64,000 bases of DNA from Dehalococcoidia bacterium (GTDB lineage: Bacteria; Chloroflexota; Dehalococcoidia; UBA2979). Below, in pieces: positions 30,437 to 40,652 of the stretch; the first letter of the stretch is position 1, and every line of letters begins with the position of its first letter. The stretch spans positions 32,001-96,000 of the forward strand of contig OZ253555.1 in the NCBI GenBank assembly GCA_965262725.1, written 5' to 3'. The position numbers and the translations under genes were made by a program. The notes under the pieces were generated by a model. That model was not told the DNA's origin, ran no database searches, and saw only the letters and a list, made by a program, of their open reading frames with translations.

Positions 30437-30633
30437 GCCTGCTCGACCATCCCGGTTCTCCGGCGCCCGATCTTCCGCTGGCTCTATCCAGCCACGGCCG
30501 CAGCTGCGGGCGTAGTCGAGGAAGCCCCTCGTGAGGCGCTGGTGCAGCGCGTCGGGCGTCGGCCACGGCGGCCGGAACGTTATCGACGGCGAGGTAGCGG
30601 GCACGCTCTCGCAGAAGGCCCAGGCCTCCTCCA
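30437..30633. repeat. About 195-bp direct repeat of 33629-33823
   Basis: Near-identical sequence; looks like the 3' end of an unidentified gene. Confidence 0.9.
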
Positions 30634-30736
30634 GGCCCCTCGAGCACCGCGTCGAGCCGCCGGCTGGTAGTGGGCCAGACGTGGTGGCTCCTGATCCGAC
30701 AGGCAATCGCGGCGCGCGTCGACGAGGGGCGCGACC

Positions 30737-30850
30737 TCCACGAGCCAGGGAATCTCTGGGTGGGCCTACCGCACGGCGTCGGGGACGTTGTCGACCGCGT
30801 CCCCGAGCGCCGCGATGTGCCCGAGCGACATCGTGGAGCACCCGCGCGCC
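30737..30850 (-). pseudogene. HepT/DUF86 remnant
   Basis: LGDAVDNVPDAVR*AHPEIPW, paralogous to 32990-33344. Confidence 0.7.
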
Positions 30851-31080
30851 GCTAGATCAGGGGACACTATCGACGCGGCGTGATCGATATGACCGCCCCC
30901 AGTTGTCCGCGTCGCTGGATGGAGCGGTATCACTTGACGAATCCCGGGGCCGGATGCGGCGATCGCAGCCGACCCTGCTCCGCCACCCTCGGCCCCTGAG
31001 TGATCGAGGACCCCCGCCGCTGGCGGCACTGCAACTGGCCGGCCACGCCCCGGACACCCGTGGCCACGTTGCGTCTGGTC

Positions 31081-31752
31081 TCACGCTGACACGATGGCGA
31101 CACGGTAGGACGCCAGAATCTCTTCGACGTAGAGACGCGCGGCGCCGGTACCGAGACTCCGGTCTCTGAGGGGCACAGGCAGCCCGCCCGTCACCTCCTC
31201 GAAGCAGCCTGCCGGACAGCGGTCGCCGAAGAAGACGTACGCGAAGCCGTCGGGCTCCCGGTGTGAGCGCCACGTCAGGCCGCGTGCCCAAGGAGCCCAC
31301 AGGCGGATTGCCGATGCCCATCGCCGCGTGTTCGCGTAGTCAGCGGCAGAAGACGACGTCAGCCAGCTGTCCTGACCAACTGCTGCGAGCTCCTCGCCCG
31401 AACGGAGACCCACGAGTTCCACATCGAGTGTCGTCCGCAGCCAGCCGATGCTCACGTGCGACAGACGAACTCGCGGGAGCAGCCGTGCCCCACGCTCATC
31501 GATGGGGAGGTCGCGGAGCAGCGCCTCCGAGACCGCCGTCGCGTCGCGATCGGCCGCGTACAGGAACGGATAGTGGTCGCCCGGCACGGCATCGAAACGC
31601 CCCCCGCGAAGGTCGCTCTGGGCCACGGTCGGATTGAAAGCGGTGACGCCGAAAGAGGTGCTGTGGATGCGGGTGAGCATGGTGCCTGCGGGGAGCAGGA
31701 AGGGGGATGGCGTGCCGTTGTACTGCGAAGGTGGCCGTTGATCGGGCGGCAA
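31081..31752 (-). CDS. RES-domain toxin (NAD+ phosphorylase family)
   Basis: LTRIH...FNP...GGRFD...LYAA...SEALLRD...GLTWRSHR. Confidence 0.9.
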   Translation of the reverse strand: MPPDQRPPSQYNGTPSPFLLPAGTMLTRIHSTSFGVTAFNPTVAQSDLRGGRFDAVPGDHYPFLYAADRDATAVSEALLRDLPIDERGARLLPRVRLSHVSIGWLRTTLDVELVGLRSGEELAAVGQDSWLTSSSAADYANTRRWASAIRLWAPWARGLTWRSHREPDGFAYVFFGDRCPAGCFEEVTGGLPVPLRDRSLGTGAARLYVEEILASYRVAIVSA

Positions 31753-31758
31753 TCGCGT

Positions 31759-32475
31759 CTAGCCGATCAGTTCGGTGGCCGCTTCGGCAGCAGCGACGAG
31801 GTCGTTCGCCCGCCGAGTCCCGACGAAGTCGGCGGGGCGGGCACCGAGGCGCGCGTGACGGGCGATCCACCACGATGCAACGCCCCACGGATCGTCCGCC
31901 GCCTCGAGTCGCTCGTTGACGGCCCGCACTTCGGCAAAGACATCGCGCCGCTCGGGGTCGAACTGGAAGGCCGGATACACGTAGCCGCGGCCAGCTGGAA
32001 GCCCAAGAAGCCACGAACGTTTGCGATACTGCCGGACCTTCTCACGATTCGTCGCCCTGGCCCCGAGCGCGACGGCGGCGTCCCGCGGCTCGCGCATGGG
32101 TTCGCGCCAGATCGCCCGGACCGCTTCCCCCTGGACCATCGCTTGTGCCAGCACCCCCTGCCCTGCCTCGTTGAGCACGTGGCGCGGCTCGCCGCCGATC
32201 TGCCGGACAACATCATTCTTGACAGTGAGCAGAGACAGCCAACTCCGAAGCCACGCCTCGTCGCCTGCCAGGGCATGATGCTGTGCGGCAAGAAAGGCGG
32301 CAGCATCCAATACGTCCGACTCCTCCGCCACACGGGAGGTGTAGTGAACGAGGAGCTCCCGCCACGCATCGGTGCGCGACAGCAGCGTCGAGATCAGTTC
32401 GACGAGCTCGTCAACGCTGAAGTCCCTCTCCAAGTCCTGGAGTCGCTCATCGAGAGTAGGCCGGCTGGTCATCAC
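31759..32475 (-). CDS. Cognate antitoxin of the RES toxin (Xre/MbcA-like)
   Basis: YVYPAFQFD...DPWGVASWWIARHARLGARPAD; 6 bp upstream of the RES gene. Confidence 0.8.
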   Translation of the reverse strand: MMTSRPTLDERLQDLERDFSVDELVELISTLLSRTDAWRELLVHYTSRVAEESDVLDAAAFLAAQHHALAGDEAWLRSWLSLLTVKNDVVRQIGGEPRHVLNEAGQGVLAQAMVQGEAVRAIWREPMREPRDAAVALGARATNREKVRQYRKRSWLLGLPAGRGYVYPAFQFDPERRDVFAEVRAVNERLEAADDPWGVASWWIARHARLGARPADFVGTRRANDLVAAAEAATELIG

Positions 32476-32549
32476 CTTGTTCTCCTGACAGTGGTCCTCC
32501 TATCCTACCACCGTCAGGGACGTCAACGCCGTCTCGGCTTGAGCTGCAG

Positions 32550-32755
32550 CCCCAGGCCCGTCGTGCTGCTTTGCGACAGCGGCGCCGGGAAGTCGCACCG
32601 CCAATCGGACTCGGCATGGCCGCCTGCCAGCGCGGCTTGCGGGTGCGCTACACGACGGCGGTCGCGCTCGTGAACGAACTGGTCGAGGCCTCGACGAGCA
32701 CCTGCTCTCCGCGCCTTGTCGCCCGCTACGGCCGGCTCGACCTGCTCTGCCTCGC
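32550..32755 (+). pseudogene. istB: IS21 IstB ATPase remnant
   Basis: VVLLCDSGAGKSH / GLGMAACQRGLRVRYTTAVALVNELVEA / RYGRLDLLCL with frameshifts. Confidence 0.8.
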
Positions 32756-32810
32756 AAGCCGCAGGTGGTGGTTCGAGAGAGCCGCGCGGGACATGGTTGT
32801 CGTCGTCAGC

Positions 32811-32925
32811 AGCTACGTCGGCGCGATGGGCGGCACGGTGAACACGTCGCGAAGTTCCCCGACCGCCCGTCCATAGTGCTGGCCGGGATCGCGGCCCTGG
32901 ACGAGGAATAGGGCGAGCCGGGTGA
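32811..32925 (+). pseudogene. Remnant of an XRE antitoxin C-terminus
   Basis: Matches 29752-29869 (SYVGAMGGT...FPDRP). Confidence 0.75.
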
Positions 32926-32989
32926 GCGCGGGCAGCGCGTCACCACAGCTGCGCGTGGCGGAGGTGGCCCGCTCGTGGCTGGTGGTGCG

Positions 32990-33344
32990 TCAGCCTTGTC
33001 CCTCGGCTTCAGCTAGCAGCGCCCGCAGTTGCGGGATCAGCGTGGGAATGTCGCCGCTGACGATCTCCCAGACGATCTGATCGCGGATGCTGCCGTAGCC
33101 GTGAACGATGCGGTGACGCGTCCCCGTGATGTCGGCCCAGGGAATCTCTGGGTGGGCCTGCTGCACGGCGTCCGGGATGTTGTTGGCCGTCTCCCCGAGC
33201 ACCGTGATGTTCCAGAGCGCGGCATCGTAGAGAACCCGCGCACCGACAAGCTCGTCGCGGCCGAGGCCGGCCGTGTAGTCCTCAGATCCGCGCGCAGCAA
33301 TCGAGCATGTCCCGGACGTAGACGTCCCAGCGCCCCTCAGACAT
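32990..33344 (-). pseudogene. HepT-like (DUF86) RNase toxin with a frameshift near 33283
   Basis: YVRDMLDC / LGETANNIP...HPEIPW...RHRIVHGY (Rx4H). Confidence 0.85.
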
Positions 33345-33642
33345 ACACGGCGTCTGCCTCGATGTAGGGACGTAGTTCGCCTCGCACCTCGGTCTCGACC
33401 ACGAGGTCGATAGGGCGGCCGAACAGGCCCTCCAGGTAGCGCAGGGCTTCGCCGTAGCCGCTCCAGCCGCGCGCCCGCGGCAGCGTGATGAGGATGTCGA
33501 TGTCGCTGTTGGGCCGGGCCTCGTCGCGGGCGGTGGAGCCAAAGAGCGCCAGTGCGCCGACGCCGAAGCGCTCGGCGAGTACGGGCTTGTGCTCGCGCAG
33601 CAGCGCCAGCACTTCGACTTTGCTCATCGCCTGCTCGACCAT
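33337..33642 (-). CDS. Minimal nucleotidyltransferase (MNT) antitoxin
   Basis: LFGSTARDEARPNSDIDILI. Confidence 0.92.
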   Translation of the reverse strand: MVEQAMSKVEVLALLREHKPVLAERFGVGALALFGSTARDEARPNSDIDILITLPRARGWSGYGEALRYLEGLFGRPIDLVVETEVRGELRPYIEADAVYV

Positions 33643-33901
33643 CCCGGTTCTCCGGCGCCCGATCTTCCGCTGGCTCTATCCAGCCACGGCCGCAGCTGCG
33701 GGCGTAGTCGAGGAAACCCCTCGTGAGGCGCTGGTGCAGCGCGTCGGCGCCGGCCACGGCGGCCGGAACGTTATCGACGGCGAGGTAGCGGGCACGCTCT
33801 CGCAGAAGGCCCAGGCCTCCTCCACCTGAGCGCCTACTTCGAGTCGACGAGGGACGCCTACTACGCTCACCTGCTGGCACTGACGGAGCGGGGGGAATGG
33901 G
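33629..33901. repeat. Composite repeat: copy of 30437-30633 plus an exact 77-bp copy of the fic interior 26284-26360
   Basis: Direct sequence comparison. Confidence 0.9.
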
Positions 33902-33980
33902 CGGCTCGGCGGCGTCCCTTAGCGTTGACAGCCCGAGCAGCGCGAGAGGATTATGGCAAGAGATTGAGGGCGGTCTGACC

Positions 33981-34208
33981 ATGGATTGGCGTGAGCACAT
34001 CACTGTCGACCCGAACGTCTGCCATGGGCAGGCTTGCATCGCCGGTACCCGTGTGATGGTCACCGTCATTCTCGACAACCTCGCCGCGGGATTGGCGCCC
34101 GCGGAGATTGCCGAGAGCTACCCGTCCGTGTCTGCCGATGCAGTCAAGGCGGTCCTCCAGTACGCCGCCGAGTTGGCCAGGGAGCGGATTGTGCCGCTGG
34201 GCGCATAG
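33981..34208 (+). CDS. DUF433 antitoxin
   Basis: HITVDPNVCHGQACIAGTRV...IAESYPS. Confidence 0.92.
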   Translation: MDWREHITVDPNVCHGQACIAGTRVMVTVILDNLAAGLAPAEIAESYPSVSADAVKAVLQYAAELARERIVPLGA

Positions 34209-34217
34209 CGACACTCC

Positions 34218-34490
34218 ATGCGGGTCAAGCTCGACGAGAACCTGCCGATTCAACTCAAGCACCTGTTCACGGAATCCGGCCACGACGCGGCTACGGTCGT
34301 CGACGAGGGCCTAGGCGGCGCGCTGGATGAGGCGATAGCATCGGCCTGCATCACCGAGGAGCGGGTGCTCGTCACCTAGGACCTGGACTTCTCCGATATA
34401 CGGACGTACCCGCCGGGCGAGTATGCCGGCATCATCGTGTTCCGGCTGCCCAGCGCGGCGCGGGATGCTCTCCTTGAGGTGAGCGCCATC
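34218..34490 (+). pseudogene. DUF5615 PIN-like toxin with an in-frame TAG at 34377, C-terminally truncated
   Basis: MRVKLDENLP...GHDA...RVLVT*DLDFSDIRTYPP. Confidence 0.85.
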
Positions 34491-34609
34491 CACCCCTCCA
34501 GAACGGGGCCGATGGCGAGCCGATTACGTTTGCGGACAGGGGTCTGGCTTCGCGTCCGCCTTGCGACGCCGCCCGCCCGCCGCCATCCTGAAATCTCGGC
34601 CTCGCGCGC

Positions 34610-34685
34610 GCGCCGGTAGCTCAGGGGACAGAGCATCAGTCTTCGGAACTGAGGGTCGAGGGTTCGAATCCTTCCCGGCGCGCCA
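34610..34685 (+). tRNA. tRNA-Arg(TCG)
   Basis: 76-nt cloverleaf: GCGCCGG/CCGGCGC acceptor, GCTC/GAGC D stem, TCAGT-CT TCG GA-ACTGA anticodon arm, TTCGAAT T-loop, CCA. Confidence 0.93.
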
Positions 34686-35210
34686 CTCACTCGTGCCCGC
34701 GTTGTTACGGTAGCCTTCCGTGCGACTGTGAGTAGCCACAAGAGCTTCGTCGCGGCGAGTCGTCATTCTCTAGCGGGGCCTCTTCGAGTCGCTCCGCAGA
34801 GCGCTCGGGATGCACGGGCCCCGTGCTCAGGCGAGTCGCCGCTTTGCCACGGGCGCGTTACCGAGGCCAATCCCGCACCTGAGTCGCCTACTGCGATGCG
34901 CTCCGCCGCCCGGCGTTCGTGCCTCGGGGTGGTTACGCCACGTGGGCGATGCGTACGGGCACTGTCGCGCGGTGCCTCGTGCTGCAGCACCTTCTGGCCC
35001 GACTTGCCGCGACATTGAACCGTCGCTGCGCCGTCGCGTCGGTCAGAGACTTACTCATCACCAGAGTAGGCACTATATCTGATCCAGCGAAGCGCGAGAA
35101 CGAAGTGGCAGAACAGTAGGGCGCCTCGTGTTGCCACCGGAGGCCGACCGTAGGTAACCTTCCGACGCCTTGACGAGCCGATCTGGCGACTTGGTGGACG
35201 GGGCGCGCCG

Positions 35211-35984
35211 ATGTCGATTTGGCTGGTCGAGCAGCTACGGCTGACGGTCTTCCCTGCTGTGCCGGTAGCACCACTCGCCGAAGAGTGGTGGACGTCGGTA
35301 GTTGGGCTGCCGCCCGACGAGTACCGGGCACGTCCGTCCCAGGGGACCTCCACCGCCACCGGCCCACTGGTTCACGATAGCCTCGCGTCGGCACTACTTG
35401 AACTGAATCTAGCACCAGGTCGTATAGACTGGTTACTGCAGTCTAATGGCGACCTAGACAACAAGGGGATGGAGGGACTCCCAACGATCGGAGGTGTCGC
35501 TGATGTGCTCCCCCTATTCACGGCGAGAATCGGCCCGTGGTTGTTTGAGATCGGCGACCCGCTGCAGCGAATAGCGCTCGGTGCTGTCGTCCATCAGCCT
35601 GTTGAGAGTCGGCGCGTGGGCTATGAGGTCCTGGTACCGTTGATCCCGAGCGTGACGCTCGAACCTGATGCTGTGTCCGACCTGATCTTCCAGATCAACA
35701 GACCTCGGCCGTCACTGACATACCCGGATATCGTGCTTAATCGCATGGGCCATTGGAGCGTGACGCGATGGCAGTTGATTCAAACGTCGATATCGATTCC
35801 TTCGGGCGGCGCACAAGTCCAAGAAAACAGTCACGGTTTCTCTGTACGCTTACAGTCCGAGATTAACACTGCTGTACCGCTTCCGGACGGGATCGAACAA
35901 CTAGACTCGAGTCTCATTGCGGACCTTCTTTCTGAACTACAGAGTGGGCTTGACCGAACAATACAGCACGGAGATATCGCGTGA
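35211..35984 (+). CDS. Hypothetical protein, TIGR04255-like
   Basis: LRLTVF...PGRIDW...RIALGAV...FQINRPR...EINT pattern; lower GC than the flanks. Confidence 0.7.
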   Translation: MSIWLVEQLRLTVFPAVPVAPLAEEWWTSVVGLPPDEYRARPSQGTSTATGPLVHDSLASALLELNLAPGRIDWLLQSNGDLDNKGMEGLPTIGGVADVLPLFTARIGPWLFEIGDPLQRIALGAVVHQPVESRRVGYEVLVPLIPSVTLEPDAVSDLIFQINRPRPSLTYPDIVLNRMGHWSVTRWQLIQTSISIPSGGAQVQENSHGFSVRLQSEINTAVPLPDGIEQLDSSLIADLLSELQSGLDRTIQHGDIA

Positions 35985-36667
35985 GCAATCAAATTGACAC
36001 GGCGACCATCGCAATGGATGGCGATCGTCAGGGGTCTGACTACGCCATTCGGCGTAAGTGCTACCTGCGCAATGATACTGATTGGTCGTGCACTGACGTG
36101 GTCGTTTTGGCTGCCGAAGCAGATGCATCATTCGTCGCTCAAATCGTATCCGCTACTAGTATCCTGCGCGGACCATTACAGGCTTCGCCGCAGAGGACTT
36201 TTATCTCACACGGGGACGATTATCAACCGCTTATGTTCACTGCGATTGAGGCCTTCTCGGCCCCGACCCATCCTGGTGATGTCTCTGATGTTTCTTGGAC
36301 CACGCCGACCGCACTTCAGCATGCCTTGAGTACTTCGTTCCTTAAGCGATTGGAAGACATCAGCCGCCTGCGCGATGGTTGGGTCGATGACGGCATTGCG
36401 ATTGGCGGAGATGTCCTCTCACGTGCCCAGATGCTCGCAAGAGAGACGGCCCAAATCGGTGGCGAACCGGACCTCATCCCCGCGCTTGATGGGGCAGTCC
36501 AACTCATCTGGTACTTTGGTCCGACCCATTATTTCACGCTGTATGTCGACGCAGATGGCGAGTGGCGACCGGGTGCGCTCCGTCGCGGAGCGAACTTCAG
36601 CAGCGTTCTGGCCGAGAGCCTCTCACAGATCAGGGCCGTGCTCCGTGAGGGAAGGGACGGTGAGTGA
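35981..36667 (+). CDS. Hypothetical protein, putative antitoxin/immunity
   Basis: GTGA overlap with the upstream gene; C-domain RLEDISRLRDGW...PDLIPALDGAVQLIW. Confidence 0.7.
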   Translation: MSNQIDTATIAMDGDRQGSDYAIRRKCYLRNDTDWSCTDVVVLAAEADASFVAQIVSATSILRGPLQASPQRTFISHGDDYQPLMFTAIEAFSAPTHPGDVSDVSWTTPTALQHALSTSFLKRLEDISRLRDGWVDDGIAIGGDVLSRAQMLARETAQIGGEPDLIPALDGAVQLIWYFGPTHYFTLYVDADGEWRPGALRRGANFSSVLAESLSQIRAVLREGRDGE

Positions 36668-37076
36668 TGCGATTGCGCCGCATGAGCACGTCGTCCGCTT
36701 CTTCCACCGGCACTGCGTGAGCAGGGGGCGTTTGCGTGGCAGTGTAGTCAGACGAACGCCATACACCGAGCCCAAGTCAGTATTCGTCGTTGAGCGAGCG
36801 CCCGGTGGTACGGCGACCGAGCTACTCGCGACAAAACCGAGTCACGGCTGGATCAGGTGGCGAGTCGATGCGCTTCGTTCGAAGCCCCTCAATTCCGAGC
36901 CGAGGTTCGACGTGAAGTGGAATCCGGAAGGGGCTGTGGGACCCTTTGCTAACTTTCGCGACTCCCACGCGCTCCTAGTCGGCCCCGTATCTGACGCGGC
37001 GGCTGTGGAGGAACTAGTCGCATTAGCCGTTCATGAGAATGCTGGCCTTTTTGTGGATCCTTCTGACCACGACTGA
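36660..37076 (+). CDS. Putative ADP-ribosyltransferase/RES-like toxin
   Basis: VVR...KSVF...DSHALLVG spacing, typical of small ART-fold proteins. Confidence 0.55.
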   Translation: MSDAIAPHEHVVRFFHRHCVSRGRLRGSVVRRTPYTEPKSVFVVERAPGGTATELLATKPSHGWIRWRVDALRSKPLNSEPRFDVKWNPEGAVGPFANFRDSHALLVGPVSDAAAVEELVALAVHENAGLFVDPSDHD

Positions 37077-37149
37077 TGCCGCTCGCCCAGCGGACCGATC
37101 GTCTTCTCCGCTTGACGACGTCGAGCCTTCTCTGGTGGGTGGCGAGTTC

Positions 37150-37555
37150 CGTAGACCGGCCATCTCGAGATCGCGCCGGAGGAGGCCGCACGCAGTTGCC
37201 GGCAGCAGACGAATCGTCTCGGATGCATTGGCCCACCGAGTCGTCTCGTACTGAGCCTCGCGCTACGGAACCGTGTTCGGCAGGGATGGAGGCGCTGGGA
37301 CACCCCTTCGTGGGCCCGCAGGCGCCACACGGACGCAGGCCGATCCATGGCCGCGGGAGCTCCCGAGGGAGAGCAAGAACGTCCCGACGTACCACTCGAA
37401 CCGCCAGACGCCGGGCACGGCGACCCGCCAACTGGACTTCGTCTTCGCATCGAGAGAGCTGGCGGGGTCCGTGCAGGTACGGGCGCTCAACGAGCCGGAT
37501 CAGTGGGGCCCCAGCGACCACTGCCGCTTGGCGATCGGGATTTCGTAGCGAGGCG
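37150..37555 (+). pseudogene. Deleted and frameshifted copy of the 3' half of the EEP gene 41479-42306
   Basis: NVPTYHSNRQTP...QLDFVFAS...PSDHCR. Confidence 0.88.
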
Positions 37556-37773
37556 TGCGCCCGGGCTCACCGCCTCCGCGGAATGCGAGTTCGCGTGGCC
37601 TCGGGGGCCCTGCGTTCGAGCAACCGGACCTGAGTCGACGGTTGGCAGCGCCTTCGCCTGTGCTGCCACCGTGCCTGAGCGTCAGTTTGGCTAACTGGGG
37701 TTGCCGTTCTAGTTCTCACCGGGTACTCAGGTATGTAGTCCCCCAAATATCCTCGGTGCCGGTCGGGCGCGGG

Positions 37774-39558
37774 TCAGGGGAGGAAGAGCTGCTGCCAGCG
37801 CGCCGAGCCCCGGCCCCAGCAGTCGACGGAGCCGTCCGGCCGAACGCCGCAGCTGTGGTCACGTCCCGAGCTGACCGAGACGAACGGCCCGGGCGGGGGT
37901 GTCGCCTCGCCGTAGTCGTCGAGGCCCCAGCAGATGACGGCGCGGTCGGTTGCCACCGCGCAGGTATGGTCCGCCCCCGAGCTGAGGGAGGTGAACGTTC
38001 CGCGTGGTGGTGTGGAGCGCCCGTGCCCGTCCCGGCCCCAGCAGGAGGCGGAGCCGTCCGGCCGGAGGCCGCACGCGTGGCTCCAGCCGGCGCTGACGGA
38101 GGCGAACGTCCCGAGTGGGGGCACGGTCTCGCCGTCGGTGTCCTCGCCCCAGCACGCGAGGGAGCCCACGGCCGTCACCCCGCAGTAGTAGCGCGGTCCG
38201 GCGCTGAGGGAGAGGAACGTCTCCTCCGGTGGCTCGGCCGAGCCACCCCCCTCCGAGCCCCAGCAGACGAGCGTGCCGCCCGGCCGGAGGCCGCAGGTCG
38301 AGAACCACCCGGTGCTGACGGAGGAGAAACTTCCTGCGGGCGGCGTGGCCCTGCCGAACTGGTCGTTGCCCCAGCAGGAGGCGGAGCCGTCTCGCCTGAT
38401 GCCGCAGCTGTGGTACCTCCCGGAGCTGACGGAGCGGAACGTCCCGTCGGGTGGTATCGCCTGCGGGGAGCTGCCCGAGCCCCAGCAGGTGAGCGATCCG
38501 CCCTTCCGCACGCCGCAGGTGTGCTCCGTGCTCGCGCTGACGGAGGCGAACGCTCCGTCCGGCGGCGAGGCGCGCCCGCCGCCGTCGTGGCCCCAGCACA
38601 CGAGGGCGCCGCCCGGTCTGACGCCGCAGCTGTGTAGGACGCCCGCGCTGACGGAGGCGAACCTCCCCGCAGGTGGTGTGGACTGACCATCCTCGGTGTT
38701 GAAGCCCCAGCACTCCACCTCGCCGCCTGGCCGGACGCCGCAACTGTGGAGGTGCCCGGCGGTCACGGAGGCGAACGCCCCGGGGGGGACGTCGATGAGC
38801 GGGTCCCACCCCCAGCAGTCGACGGCGCCACCCGGCCGGACGCCGCAGCTGTGGAGGACGCCCGCGCTGACGGAGACGAACCTCCCGTCGGGCGGGGTGG
38901 ACTGGTGGTTCTCGTCCGATCCCCAGCAGGTGATCCAGCCGTCGGCGGCCACCGCGCACGTGTGGCCGGTCCCCGCGCTGAGGGAGAGGAACCGTCCCGC
39001 GGGCGGCGTCGACCGCGTGGTTCCATCGAGAGCCCAGCAGTCGACGGAGCCATCCGGCCGGAGGCCGCACGTGTGCGCCCCCCCGGCGCTGACGGCGGTG
39101 AATCTCCCGGGAGGCGGCGTCGCCCGCCCGCCACCGCCGTCGCCCCAGCAGGTGGCGGTGCCGTCTGTCCTCACCCCGCAGGTGTGTGCCGTCCCGGCGC
39201 TGACGGAGGTGAACGTCCCCGGAGGTGGCGTGGCCCGGCCGCTCTCGTCGCTCCCCCAGCAGAGAACGGAGCCGCCGGTCGTCACGGCGCACGTGTGGCG
39301 GGTGCTGGCGCTGACGGAGGCGAACGATGCCGGGGGGTCGGTGGTTTCAACGGAGTGCGCCTCCTCCGCGCCGCCGGGGCTCGGGGTGGGGTTCGGCGGA
39401 TCACCGGCCCGGCCGGGTGTTCCGTGTTCCCCGGGAGTGCTGGCCGGTGCGTGCGGCAGAGAGCCCGGTTCGGGCGAACAGGCGGCCGCGAGCGCGAGCA
39501 CCGTCACGAGGGCGAGCGGGCCGGCCCATCGCCGGCGCTGGGGGCGATCGGATGCCAT
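37774..39558 (-). CDS. RCC1-repeat lipoprotein
   Basis: LAAAC lipobox; about 14 repeats of FxSVSAGxxHxCGxRxxGxxxCWG. Confidence 0.93.
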   Translation of the reverse strand: MASDRPQRRRWAGPLALVTVLALAAACSPEPGSLPHAPASTPGEHGTPGRAGDPPNPTPSPGGAEEAHSVETTDPPASFASVSASTRHTCAVTTGGSVLCWGSDESGRATPPPGTFTSVSAGTAHTCGVRTDGTATCWGDGGGGRATPPPGRFTAVSAGGAHTCGLRPDGSVDCWALDGTTRSTPPAGRFLSLSAGTGHTCAVAADGWITCWGSDENHQSTPPDGRFVSVSAGVLHSCGVRPGGAVDCWGWDPLIDVPPGAFASVTAGHLHSCGVRPGGEVECWGFNTEDGQSTPPAGRFASVSAGVLHSCGVRPGGALVCWGHDGGGRASPPDGAFASVSASTEHTCGVRKGGSLTCWGSGSSPQAIPPDGTFRSVSSGRYHSCGIRRDGSASCWGNDQFGRATPPAGSFSSVSTGWFSTCGLRPGGTLVCWGSEGGGSAEPPEETFLSLSAGPRYYCGVTAVGSLACWGEDTDGETVPPLGTFASVSAGWSHACGLRPDGSASCWGRDGHGRSTPPRGTFTSLSSGADHTCAVATDRAVICWGLDDYGEATPPPGPFVSVSSGRDHSCGVRPDGSVDCWGRGSARWQQLFLP

Positions 39559-39992
39559 CGCGCCGTTACCTCTCCCGCCCGCGGGCGGCTCGATCGGGGT
39601 TCCGGCATCCGGACTCGGGGAGGCCGCGACTCACGGCCGCGGCACTCTAGCAGGTGGACGGGCCTCCTGCGTCCGGGCAGGCTCGGGATCCGCACCGGTA
39701 CGGATCCGGGAACGATTCCGCGTGCGTTGCAGGCGAGGCCGGGAGCGTGGCCTCCCCTCGGTGCGGTTCAGGGCCTAGGACGGCCCTTGGTCCCTCCGTT
39801 GAGGCGCTCGTCCGTACAGACAAGTCGCTCCTCGCGGGACTCATACGCGGCGGATCGGTTCGGATTGGGGAGGCGTGCGGAGACGCCCAGCCAGCGCCGT
39901 GTGCGTATGACAGTCTGAAGTCCTACGCCTGCAAGGTGGAGGCGCTGCTCGCGAGGGTTGCAGCATGCGGGCTGCAGGACGACGTCCTCAAG

Positions 39993-40388
39993 CTAGTTCA
40001 TCGTCACCTTGTCCGGCGTGATCTTGAGGATGACGCGCTTGTCGGCGTCGAGCTGCGCGGCGAGGGCGGCGTCATCGGCATTGGACTCCCTGCCGTGGGC
40101 GGCTCGAATTCTGCGGGTGGCCCCAACGCGTACCGGGTCGTCGCCAATGCGCTCAGCGGTGCCATAGAGCACGAGCTGCTGCGGGCCTTCGTTGACAACC
40201 ATCGCGACTTTCGGCTGGCGACCCACGTTGTGCCACTTGGCCCGGTCCGCCGTGACCGACATGAATACGTGGGAGCCGTCGAAGATGTAGGACATCGTGG
40301 AAACCTGCGGGGAGCCGTCGCGACGGCCGGTAGCGAGGACGGCGTGGAGGTGGTCCCGGAGGAACTGCTCTTGCTCGGGGGTCATCAA
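39993..40388 (-). CDS. PPOX-class F420-dependent oxidoreductase
   Basis: AVLATGRRDGSPQVS...RAKWHNVGRQPKVAM. Confidence 0.9.
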   Translation of the reverse strand: MMTPEQEQFLRDHLHAVLATGRRDGSPQVSTMSYIFDGSHVFMSVTADRAKWHNVGRQPKVAMVVNEGPQQLVLYGTAERIGDDPVRVGATRRIRAAHGRESNADDAALAAQLDADKRVILKITPDKVTMN

Positions 40389-40652
40389 TCGCCTCGTTGG
40401 GTTGAGTGTTGAGAGTCTACCGCCGAACCCAGCGCCATGCCCGCTCGCACACGGGATCGGGGGTGGCCCGGCCCGAGCGATCGCAGGGGCCGGTTCCCGG
40501 CAGGCCCGTCCGGTCGGGACTCACCAATCCCAGATGCCACCCGGCCGACACCGTCGCTCAGTTGGCCAAGCTGGCGCTCGGGCCCTGCAACGATTCGGTC
40601 CCTTGTCTGGCCTCGTAGGATTAGCGCCGAAGTTGGAAAGGGCGTCGGCGCA

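Noticed and set aside
37774-39558. RCC1 or LRR repeats as DGR template/variable repeats
   Set aside because: No reverse transcriptase is present and no adenine-specific variation was noticed; these are ordinary coding repeats.
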